49,534 bases of DNA from Candidatus Parcubacteria bacterium (GTDB lineage Bacteria > Patescibacteriota > Minisyncoccia > UBA6257 > 2-01-FULL-56-20): positions 270,413-319,946 of the forward strand of contig DAIDJL010000004.1 of assembly GCA_027450205.1 (NCBI GenBank), written 5' to 3'. Positions 1-7,376 of this stretch are shown here, piece by piece. How positions within the stretch are numbered: the first letter of the stretch is position 1; every line of letters starts with the position of its first letter. Under the pieces are notes generated by a model, which made no database searches, had not been told where the DNA came from, and saw nothing but the letters and a program-made list of their open reading frames with translations. The position numbers were made by a program, and so were the translations under genes.

Positions 1-359
1 TTTATCGCGGAATTTTGCGGGGATCGCCATCCGGCCTTTGGGGTCCAAATTATGTTGGAATTCTCCTAATAACATGAAAATAAGAGGTTTTATGGATGGT
101 AAAAGTTATGCACAGAAAGAGGCAGTTATCCCCAGTTTCCTCCACAACCCACCACTTATATACAATTGTACTCCACTTCTACAACAAGTCAAAATATCCC
201 CTATCCAGGAGCTATTAGCCAATTAAGCATTGATTTTGCTGAATTTTTAAAGCCTAAATCGGTAAACGATCAAAAGATATGCACAGTTATAACTATTTCT
301 AAAAAAATCTTAATTCCCCACTCTCTACTATCGTGCTAGACTTCGGTCAGGAGGTTAGG

Positions 360-959
360 ATGAAACGATCAGTCGCTCTGCTTCTGTTGTTCTTTTCAAC
401 CATCACCTGCGCCGCCGCGTCCGAATGCAACCAGGAGCTTCCGGGAAGCGTCCCGCTGGAAACCGGGCACCGCGCCTACGCGACGCTCGAAGCATTACAA
501 CATCTGGCAACCGGCCACGTTGAAATCATCCAGCTCTGCGTTCTCAAAGATCAAGACGCTTCAGTGATCGAATGCGTACAAATGAATGGAAAAGCGATCG
601 GTGGTTCAAGAGTTATCTTTGACAGTTTTTCGGATGACGCCCTGAAAGGCGCGCTTGCCCATGAACTCGGACACTTGAGGAGAAATGTTTGTTCTTCCAT
701 CCGGAATCCGCGAATGCTGGAATGGGAGGATAAGATGGCAGACGCTTTCGCCATCGCTCTCGTAGGGCCCGAAATACTCCGGACAACGTACATTGAATAT
801 ACGGGAGATGAGGCCCTGGTCAACAGGAGGATCTCTCGGGCGCAAAAGATCCTTAAGCAATACCCCGCCGCGTTTCGTATCAACGCGGCGGTTTTTTGTG
901 GGCGTTGCAGGGATCGGACCTGCGACCTCTCCGATGTGAACGGAACGCTCTACCACTGA
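360..959 (+). CDS. Secreted HExxH metallopeptidase-like protein (M48-like)
   Basis: Signal-peptide-like N-terminus (MKRSVALLLLFFSTITCAAAS), LAHELGH motif and downstream E..AD motif; GGAGG SD before ATG 360; the C-terminus runs antisense into tRNA-Val. Confidence 0.55.
   Translation: MKRSVALLLLFFSTITCAAASECNQELPGSVPLETGHRAYATLEALQHLATGHVEIIQLCVLKDQDASVIECVQMNGKAIGGSRVIFDSFSDDALKGALAHELGHLRRNVCSSIRNPRMLEWEDKMADAFAIALVGPEILRTTYIEYTGDEALVNRRISRAQKILKQYPAAFRINAAVFCGRCRDRTCDLSDVNGTLYH
865..897 (+). terminator. Intrinsic terminator hairpin
   Basis: CCGCCGCGTT/AACGCGGCGG stem, 7-nt loop, T6 tail. Confidence 0.7.
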
Positions 960-970
960 GCTAAACGCCC
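899..970 (-). tRNA. tRNA-Val(CAC)
   Basis: Full cloverleaf: GGGCGTT/AACGCCC acceptor, anticodon loop TTCACAT, T-loop TCCGATC; no encoded CCA. Confidence 0.93.
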
Positions 971-1016
971 TTTGCAAAGTTATAGTAAGCCACTTTTTCT
1001 TTCTTTTCAACTACAG

Positions 1017-1099
1017 AAAAACAAAGAGGCCCCTTCTTTTTAGACGGTCACGTTCCTACGTGGCATTTCCGTCTAAAAAGAAGGGGCCTCTTTGTTTTT
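1017..1099. repeat. 31-bp perfect inverted repeat after rplL (terminator-like)
   Basis: 1017-1047 is the exact reverse complement of 1069-1099. Confidence 0.9.
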
Positions 1100-1466
1100 A
1101 TTCAATGACCGCTTCTCCTCCTGCCTCCGTGATCTTTTTCTTGATCTCTTCGGCCTCCTCTTTCTTGACGCCTTCCTTGATCGGTTTCGGCGCGCCGTCC
1201 ACGAGGTCCTTCGCCTCCTTGAGGCCGAGGGTCGTCACTTCGCGCACGACCTTGATGACGTTGAGCTTGCTCGCTCCGCCGGATTTGAGGATGACGTTGA
1301 ACGCCGTCTTCTCTTCTGCCGCAGCGCCGGCTCCCGCACCACCGCCTGCCGCCACCGGAGCCGCAGCAGAGATGCCGAACTTCTCTTCCAGCTTCTTCAC
1401 GAGCTCCGCGAGCTCAACCACCGTGAGAGACTCTATTTTTGAAATGAGATCGTCGTAATTTGCCAT
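1098..1466 (-). CDS. rplL: 50S ribosomal protein L7/L12
   Basis: [31 protein letters not shown] and [14 protein letters not shown] signatures. Confidence 0.99.
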   Translation of the reverse strand: MANYDDLISKIESLTVVELAELVKKLEEKFGISAAAPVAAGGGAGAGAAAEEKTAFNVILKSGGASKLNVIKVVREVTTLGLKEAKDLVDGAPKPIKEGVKKEEAEEIKKKITEAGGEAVIE

Positions 1467-1470
1467 TGTT

Positions 1471-2139
1471 TTATTGTGCTTGCGTTAGCTCGACCTTTTC
1501 ATCGGGATTTTCGGTATCAGTGGAAGTAGTAGGGGCTGGGGCTGCGGGTTCCGCAACCGGTTCCGGCGCGGACGGCGCCGCGGGTGTCGGCGATTCGGCT
1601 ACGGGCTGAGCCGCGGCTCCGCCGCCCATCTTGGATTTCTCGTCCAGGATGTATAAGAACGAACGGATCGGCGCCGCGAGCATGCCAAGCAATTGTGCCA
1701 GCACGATCTCGCGCGGCGGAAGCTTGCCGATATAGATGATCTGTTCCGCGTCCATCGGCGCCTTGCCGGTGATATTGTAGCCCGCAAGGATCTTCTTTAT
1801 CCAGATATCCTTCGCCTCGCCTTCGGAAACCTCCATGCCCGAGAAAAACTTGAATGCCGGGCCCGCAATGTGTTCGCTGTCCACTTCCGAGAAGATCGTG
1901 CCGACGGACGTTTTGAACTGCTTCAGGTCAATGTCAATTCCCTTTTCCTTCAAAAGAATGCCGAGGATACGCTTTTTGATGACAAGAAAATTCGCGCCTG
2001 ACTTTTTGAGCTCAATGCGCAGCTTGCGGAGATTCTCTGCGGTTATCTTGGTGAAGTCGGCAAAAATGAGCGCCTGGCTTTTATCAAAAAGCTCGCGTGC
2101 ATGCGCCAATTCAGTTTCTTTCTGTGCCCGTGTTTTCAT
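1471..2139 (-). CDS. rplJ: 50S ribosomal protein L10 with Pro/Ala-rich C-terminal extension
   Basis: L10 features ([19 protein letters not shown]), directly upstream of rplL. Confidence 0.96.
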   Translation of the reverse strand: MKTRAQKETELAHARELFDKSQALIFADFTKITAENLRKLRIELKKSGANFLVIKKRILGILLKEKGIDIDLKQFKTSVGTIFSEVDSEHIAGPAFKFFSGMEVSEGEAKDIWIKKILAGYNITGKAPMDAEQIIYIGKLPPREIVLAQLLGMLAAPIRSFLYILDEKSKMGGGAAAQPVAESPTPAAPSAPEPVAEPAAPAPTTSTDTENPDEKVELTQAQ

Positions 2140-2167
2140 AATGGTTATTTAATGTTTTATTACCCCT

Positions 2168-2290
2168 TTAAAAACAAAAACGGCCGTTCCAAGGCCGCGA
2201 GCAATGATCAAAACGCTGGGGTTTCATCACTCCTCTCACAGGGTTTTTATATGCCCCGCCGCCGAGACAAAACCTGTGGTCTTTGGAATT
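2168..2290 (-). promoter_or_regulatory. L10 leader (autoregulatory RNA) with terminator hairpin
   Basis: The minus strand reads CCAAAGACCACAGG...TAAAAACCCTGTGAGAGG, resembling the L10 leader consensus, followed by CGGCC...GGCCG-TTTTTGTTTTT. Confidence 0.75.
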
Positions 2291-2296
2291 GGTTCA

Positions 2297-2324
2297 AGTA
2301 TAGCGGAAACCCGAAATTTGTCAA
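2297..2324 (-). promoter_or_regulatory. Sigma70-type promoter for rplJL
   Basis: TTGACA (2324-2319), 16-nt spacer, TATACT (2302-2297). Confidence 0.75.
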
Positions 2325-2348
2325 CTGTTTTAGATGTATAATGATCAT

Positions 2349-3077
2349 ATGAACAAAATAGGCTTGGCCATCGTTTTCATCCTGGTCATAGCAATGCTTA
2401 CCGCCGGGATCATGTACTTTGTGAATTCCGGTGGTCCGAATGGCGCTATATTGCCTTCTGGTTCTACCGGTAGTTCGTCAGGCGGAACACCGATACTCGT
2501 TTTAGGGGCGCCAAGCAGCACCGCGCCCGCGGGAGATCAAAGCGTTTCCGACGGAACGATAACCATCACCTATCCGACCTCGGAATTCGGGCTTGCCACC
2601 ACGCAACAACAAATACTGGTGCGATCGTACATCCCTCCATGCGACGCCAATCTCACCTATTGCCTCTACTACATCGGCAACGCATATCAGGGCACCAACT
2701 TTGACAGTGCGGGCATCCGCATAGAAAAGCGTACCGACCTCGCGACGGTGAACGCGTGCCTCACCGCCCCGCCGAGCGGCTTCGCAAACTTTACCCCGAC
2801 GAGCACCGCTGCCTCCGATTATTCCGTGAGCGAGTTCAGCCCGATCGGCAACGCCGGCGCCGGCCATTTTTCAAAAGGCACGCTCTACCGGTTGGCATAT
2901 AACGGCACATGTTACGAATTCGAGACGCGCATCGGGCAAAGCCAGTTCGCCAATTATCCGTCAGGCACGATCCAGCAGTTTACCGATGCCGATCAGGCCA
3001 GCCTCGCGGCGGAGATACAAAACATTCTGGATGGAATAACGCTCCCATCGGGAGAAACCGTGGTTTTTCCGAACTGA
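2349..3077 (+). CDS. Membrane-anchored extracellular hypothetical protein
   Basis: N-terminal TM helix, Ser/Gly/Thr linker, Cys-containing ectodomain; TATAAT 6 nt before ATG 2349. Confidence 0.8.
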   Translation: MNKIGLAIVFILVIAMLTAGIMYFVNSGGPNGAILPSGSTGSSSGGTPILVLGAPSSTAPAGDQSVSDGTITITYPTSEFGLATTQQQILVRSYIPPCDANLTYCLYYIGNAYQGTNFDSAGIRIEKRTDLATVNACLTAPPSGFANFTPTSTAASDYSVSEFSPIGNAGAGHFSKGTLYRLAYNGTCYEFETRIGQSQFANYPSGTIQQFTDADQASLAAEIQNILDGITLPSGETVVFPN

Positions 3078-3101
3078 TTCATGGCATCGCGCCACACTGC
3101 C

Positions 3102-3368
3102 TTATATGGCGGCGTATACGCAGTCACCCTCCCGCACCCGCTCGCTCACCCTTACGCCGACCTCCTCGCCTTCTTTCGCGAACATGATCTTATGATGGTC
3201 ATATTCCATTGAATCAATGTCTTCTTCGAAATCGGTCGTCGCTCCAAGGAACTGGACATGCGCGCCGAGCGGCAGGTCACCTTTGCACCGTATGACGGCA
3301 ACGTGCGGATGCCCATAATAATGGACGACCGTGCCGACAACTTTCGGCTCCTTTTTGGTTTCAGTCAT
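3102..3368 (-). CDS. Small translation-factor-like beta-barrel protein (resembles peptidase U32 C-terminal domain)
   Basis: VGTVVHYY...VAVI...G.TTDF...IDSME...AKEGEEVGV.V...VREGD.VY pattern; start overlaps the CBS gene stop. Confidence 0.75.
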   Translation of the reverse strand: MTETKKEPKVVGTVVHYYGHPHVAVIRCKGDLPLGAHVQFLGATTDFEEDIDSMEYDHHKIMFAKEGEEVGVRVSERVREGDCVYAAI

Positions 3369-3858
3369 ATATATAGGCAATGGTATGTTTTTTATCGACC
3401 TTTTGCATGAGTGCAAAGAGGCGGCGCTGGAGGATCCTGCGAAAGATATTTTCTCGCGTCACAATGCCCACAAGTTTGCCATGGTCAAGTACCGGCAATC
3501 GATGAAGACCATGCGCAAGCAATAATCCCCCTGCACGGAGGATGGGCGCATCAACATCCACCGTAATGGCCGGACTCTGCATATATTTTACGATCGGTTC
3601 ATGGCGAAGCTCGCTCATGCGCTCTTCCTGTTCCTCCTGGTCACGATAGGCTTGCGGGTCCGCAAGATATTCCCGATAGAGCGGAAACATCGCCCGAAAG
3701 AGGTCTTTTTCGGATAAAATACCGACCAGCTCGCCCCGGGCGTTAACGACGGGGGCCCCGCTGATGTTGTTGCCATATAAAATCCGGGCCGCCTCCTCGT
3801 AGCTCGTTTCCGGCGAGACAGTGACCACTTGATGGATCATGATATTGCGAACTTTCAT
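3361..3858 (-). CDS. CBS domain-containing protein
   Basis: Two CBS repeats (ISGAPVV...LVGILSEKDL; HRLPVLD.GKLVGIVTR). Confidence 0.93.
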   Translation of the reverse strand: MKVRNIMIHQVVTVSPETSYEEAARILYGNNISGAPVVNARGELVGILSEKDLFRAMFPLYREYLADPQAYRDQEEQEERMSELRHEPIVKYMQSPAITVDVDAPILRAGGLLLAHGLHRLPVLDHGKLVGIVTRENIFRRILQRRLFALMQKVDKKHTIAYIYD

Positions 3859-4024
3859 GGTTATGCTTGAATCGGTTATTATGCATGGCCTTTTAGGACA
3901 TCATATACTGCTACCTTCCTATCGCAAGGATTATTACCGATTTTTTGCCAAACAACGATCCCGCCCCGCGATACAAGCGATCATGGGGCGCCATATTCCG
4001 ACGGCTTCGTCGTCGGATACCAAC

Positions 4025-4777
4025 CTATGCGGGCCGGTCAAGCGTCCCGCCGCTCCGAAGCCACAAGCTTTCAAAGAAAATTTCCATCGTATGGTGGATA
4101 TCCTCGTCTTCGATCAATACGCCCGTGGCAGATTTTGACTTGACGGAGATGATCGCCGTCCTATTGCCGTAGATAAAATTTGTATTTGCCACAGTGACGC
4201 CCCCGGGAAGAAATTGGGTGACGCGCATATCTCCGGCGTCCCGATCCTTTAACTCAAGCGACATTTTTGTTTTTGGCGTCAGCAAGCGGATGCTGAGATA
4301 ATGCTCTTTACGCGTTTTTATAAACTCGTCCAAGAACGGTTTGCCGAGCAGCCCCACCCAATCATCCCACGATATGACCGCAAACACATGATTTTTCGTC
4401 TCAATGATATCGTCCATGATCTGCCTGATTCCTTCAACGCCGGAAAAGGCGCGCATTATCGGCGGCGGGACGGCGGATCGCCGCATAGATTGCAGCTCTG
4501 GCAATAACGTCTTGAGTATCGCCTGGCGCGTATGGATCACCGCCATGAACCGTTCCGGATTTTCCGCCGCCCAGATCTTCCTGCGTCCTTTGAGATACGC
4601 GCTCATCAACCCCTTTTTTTGGAGCGACTCGATGACGGACGCGACCGTCGTGCGCGCCAGCTTTGCCCGTTCCGCGATCTCCGTCTCGGTACTGCTGCCA
4701 AGCTCAAGCGCAGCCAAATACACCGTCGCCTCATGCGGCGAGTAGCCAAGCTGCTCGATAAGCGTACGAACATTCAT
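4025..4777 (-). CDS. TrmB-family transcriptional regulator
   Basis: LEQLGYS..EA.VYLA.LELG winged-HTH start, AENPE motif, GVEGIRQI, C-terminal effector domain. Confidence 0.9.
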   Translation of the reverse strand: MNVRTLIEQLGYSPHEATVYLAALELGSSTETEIAERAKLARTTVASVIESLQKKGLMSAYLKGRRKIWAAENPERFMAVIHTRQAILKTLLPELQSMRRSAVPPPIMRAFSGVEGIRQIMDDIIETKNHVFAVISWDDWVGLLGKPFLDEFIKTRKEHYLSIRLLTPKTKMSLELKDRDAGDMRVTQFLPGGVTVANTNFIYGNRTAIISVKSKSATGVLIEDEDIHHTMEIFFESLWLRSGGTLDRPA

Positions 4778-5146
4778 TGTCTTACACTCCCAGTATACAC
4801 CCGCGCAACGACCAGTTCGTCGTCATATTCTTATAATAATTAGTGCCCGTGAGTTAATTTTTGCCCAGAAAGACAGGTGTCCCGGCCTTCAACAGGCTAT
4901 CCCCTCCTTATTAACACTTCTTTATTGGCAACCGTAAAAAGCAACGCACAATTGATGTTGGGTTTGCCCTCGCCGTTCTTTGAGAAGGCAAGGCTTCTGA
5001 TCAAATAAGGCTTTTTATCACGTGCCCATATATGCATCCATCCGTGGATGATGCTGCGGGCCGATCATTGATAACCCAGCGGAAGTCATCCCTTCGCACC
5101 CGTGCGCCGATTATGGGACGGCCGCACGAATTCGCAGACGGGCGAG

Positions 5147-5187
5147 CCCAACAAAAAAACCTTTTTGAGAAAGGTTTTTTTGTTGGG
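5147..5187. terminator. Bidirectional terminator-like inverted repeat
   Basis: CCCAACAAAAAAACCTTT / AAAGGTTTTTTTGTTGGG 18-bp arms. Confidence 0.8.
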
Positions 5188-5201
5188 AAAACGTAGATTT
5201 G

Positions 5202-5272
5202 CGGGGGCTGAAGGAGTCGGACCTTCGACAAGCGTTTTGGAGACGCTTATTATACCGTTTAACTAAGCCCCC
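5202..5272 (-). tRNA. tRNA-Trp(CCA)
   Basis: GGGGGCT/AGCCCCC acceptor, anticodon loop CTCCAAA, G73; follows rpmG as in many bacteria. Confidence 0.93.
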
Positions 5273-5358
5273 TTTTTCATCTTTACTATTTTAATACAAA
5301 TTTAAAAAATGCGCCTGTCCTTGATAGGGGCGCGCGCATTTTCCTTCCTGAGCAGTCG

Positions 5359-5538
5359 TTACTTTCCTGTGATCCGCGCCTCTTTATGCAATGTTTTGAC
5401 GCGGCACCATTCGCAAAACTTCTGAAGCTCGATCTTTCGCTCCACCAATTTCTTGTTTTTATTGGTGTAATAATTACGGCGTTTGCAAACGCTGCAACGC
5501 ATCGTGATCAACCTGTCGGCATGCTTTATCTTGGCCAT
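5359..5538 (-). CDS. rpmG: 50S ribosomal protein L33 (zinc-binding type)
   Basis: CSVCKRRNYYTNKNKK...KFCEWCR..TLHKE; start at ATG 5538. Confidence 0.97.
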   Translation of the reverse strand: MAKIKHADRLITMRCSVCKRRNYYTNKNKKLVERKIELQKFCEWCRVKTLHKEARITGK

Positions 5539-5681
5539 GGGAACGATGATACTATATTCCTTTAAAAAACGCAACGGCAGGCCGTTTTAGACAGTTTTAA
5601 TCACTGATCTGGTATGCTTCACCCAAATCAAGAAACTAAAGGTCGTGATTTTACCATATAAAATAAGCCACTACACCGACA

Positions 5682-5756
5682 ATGAGCGCACTTTTTTTCT
5701 GGCTGTCGTTCCTTGCGGCCATCATCAAAGCGGTCCTTCCATTCCTGCATGGGTGA
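5682..5756 (+). CDS. Putative 24-aa hydrophobic peptide MSALFFWLSFLAAIIKAVLPFLHG
   Basis: ATG 5682 to TGA 5756 read directly; almost entirely hydrophobic; followed by a palindromic terminator. Confidence 0.45.
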   Translation: MSALFFWLSFLAAIIKAVLPFLHG

Positions 5757-5757
5757 T

Positions 5758-5793
5758 ATGGTCCCCGCACCGCCATGGCGGTGCGGGGACCAT
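5758..5793. repeat. 36-bp perfect palindrome (terminator-like, T-run on + strand)
   Basis: ATGGTCCCCGCACCGCCATGGCGGTGCGGGGACCAT is self-complementary. Confidence 0.9.
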
Positions 5794-5802
5794 TTTTTGC
5801 TG

Positions 5803-6091
5803 AGCCGTTGGCCGGAATTGAACCGGCGACCTACTCCTTCATTAATACCTCAGTTTCGCACAAAAACGCTTATATGAGGATTAGACTGTATCTTACGCAT
5901 ACCGCCCATGCGGCGCAGCGTCCCTTGTCAGTCGTTCGGGCGAAAGCCACGTGCCATTCGCGGTTTCGCCACGGTCTCTGCCATTTCTGGCCTTTGACCG
6001 TAATTCGGGGCTCGCGGATGGGTTTCCCCTTCCGTGGGCATGACCCTGTGGGTCCACCATGGAGTTGCTCTACCAGCTGAGCTACAACGGC
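5803..6091 (-). tRNA. tRNA-Thr(GGT), intron-containing (exons 6091-6056 and 5839-5803)
   Basis: Joining the 36-nt and 37-nt exons gives a perfect 73-nt cloverleaf: GCCGTTG/CAACGGC acceptor, ACTCC-ATGGTAA-GGAGT anticodon arm, GCCGG-TTCAATT-CCGGC T-arm. Confidence 0.95.
5840..6055 (-). ncRNA. Group I self-splicing intron (216 nt) at tRNA position 36/37
   Basis: 5' exon ends in U and the intron ends in G; P1 CAUGGU/GUCAUG with a U-G pair at the splice site; P4 ACGGUC/GACCGU; P5 GCCA-GAAA-UGGC; P7 GACUG/CAGUC with S motif AAGAUACAGUCU; P9 CCUCA/UGAGG. Confidence 0.92.
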
Positions 6092-6669
6092 AACAAACCG
6101 ATCAATAGATCTCGAAGCTTCTTATTATGGTACATCACGGTCATAACGCCATACTGGCTTTTCTTCCGGTAGGTACCCAACGATCTCGCCTTCGTGACGA
6201 TAGGTCTATTTATCTGGTCTCTATGTATATTAAGTTTTTTTATCCAAAAGTCCAGCGCTATCGCTGGATCTATATCGGTAAATAATTGAAGTCCAAATTT
6301 TAGGTCATCTCTATCTATATTGAACGTCAAGACAAGAAATCTAATAAAAACTTCAATGAGCGCAGGATCTGTGTTCCCTAATCTTACCGAGTTTAAGTTT
6401 GTTTTATTGCCTTCGCCCCAATATAATCCGATTCCTAGTCCAAATAAGTTGATTTCTTCTAATGTTTTGGGTTTATGGAAAGAGAATGGGTCGCCGGCTG
6501 GGTTCCGCTTAACATAGGTTGCCTCACCATGAGACCGCGTAGGAATTTTATATTTCTGAATCCAATACGATATCGTATTTTGCGAACAATTAAACTTATC
6601 TGCGATTTCTCGCATGGATTTCTTTTGTTCAAGATATAGGATGGAAAGCGTCGATTTATCGAACATCAT
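6082..6669 (-). CDS. HTH plus LAGLIDADG-like homing-endonuclease-family protein, free-standing
   Basis: N-terminal HTH (KKSMREIADKFNCSQNTISYW), LAGLIDADG-like helix FGLGIGLYWGEG followed by NTDPALI; AT-rich; last codons lie within the tRNA-Thr 5' end. Start is 6669 or 6666. Confidence 0.8.
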   Translation of the reverse strand: MMFDKSTLSILYLEQKKSMREIADKFNCSQNTISYWIQKYKIPTRSHGEATYVKRNPAGDPFSFHKPKTLEEINLFGLGIGLYWGEGNKTNLNSVRLGNTDPALIEVFIRFLVLTFNIDRDDLKFGLQLFTDIDPAIALDFWIKKLNIHRDQINRPIVTKARSLGTYRKKSQYGVMTVMYHNKKLRDLLIGLLPL

Positions 6670-6723
6670 CCGCATTATAGCAATGCGGGATTAAAAAATG
6701 ATTAAATAGAGCCCGCCGTTCTT

Positions 6724-7353
6724 TTACTCCTTCAGCTTCATTGACGCCAATATGCCGTTGAAGACGGAAAGATCGGCGCTTGCCGCAGCGTCGCCTGCCG
6801 GATACGAGAAATATATCTTCCACAGCTCGGTGCCGCGGAGGCAATAGAGTGAAATATTTTGCGCGGTAGCGCTCTGGGAATAATTGGCCCGATACGTTGC
6901 TTTTGTGCACGCGACGCCATCCACCGCCGTGGTGGAAGATGCCACGTCTGTGGCGTTCATAAGCTCGGTTGCTATGATGTTCTCAACTGGGCCATACGAC
7001 GTAGTGGTCGCTATGGCGAGCTGAGCGCCGCCAGCCGGTATCACCCCGCCGGCTTTATATTTGCCACTGAAATCGTCCATCAATAATGGCATCGCGGAAG
7101 ATATGGTCCACGCGCCCGGATAGGTAAAAGAGAATGACACGCCGGAGTAGCTCTTTGGCGTATTGGTGGAGATCACAATCGAGAGCCCGGAGGAACTCGC
7201 CGTGGACGTGGCGGTTTGCGGAGCAGTGGACGTCGGAGCCGTACCATTAGAAACCTCCGGCGCTTTTGCCTTATTGCCGAACGCAAATATCCCCAACACG
7301 ACCACAATGATCACCACAAGAGCAATGACGATCGCGAGTTTCTTTTTGTTCAT
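6724..7353 (-). CDS. Membrane-anchored extracellular protein (PsbP-like fold possible)
   Basis: MNKKK plus TM helix, Ser/Thr linker, FSFTYPGAW motif, ending FNGILASMK; TATAAT 6 nt upstream. Confidence 0.8.
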   Translation of the reverse strand: MNKKKLAIVIALVVIIVVVLGIFAFGNKAKAPEVSNGTAPTSTAPQTATSTASSSGLSIVISTNTPKSYSGVSFSFTYPGAWTISSAMPLLMDDFSGKYKAGGVIPAGGAQLAIATTTSYGPVENIIATELMNATDVASSTTAVDGVACTKATYRANYSQSATAQNISLYCLRGTELWKIYFSYPAGDAAASADLSVFNGILASMKLKE

Positions 7354-7376
7354 TTCGCCATTATACAATATTTTCA

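Noticed and set aside
4920-4975. GGCAAACC...GGTTGCC on the minus strand resembling a c-di-GMP-I riboswitch
   Set aside because: It lacks the GNRA-capped P2, the GACGCAAAGC junction and the P3 receptor.
5775-6080. 101-aa + strand ORF across the tRNA-Thr intron
   Set aside because: It is antisense to the tRNA and intron, not an intron-encoded protein.
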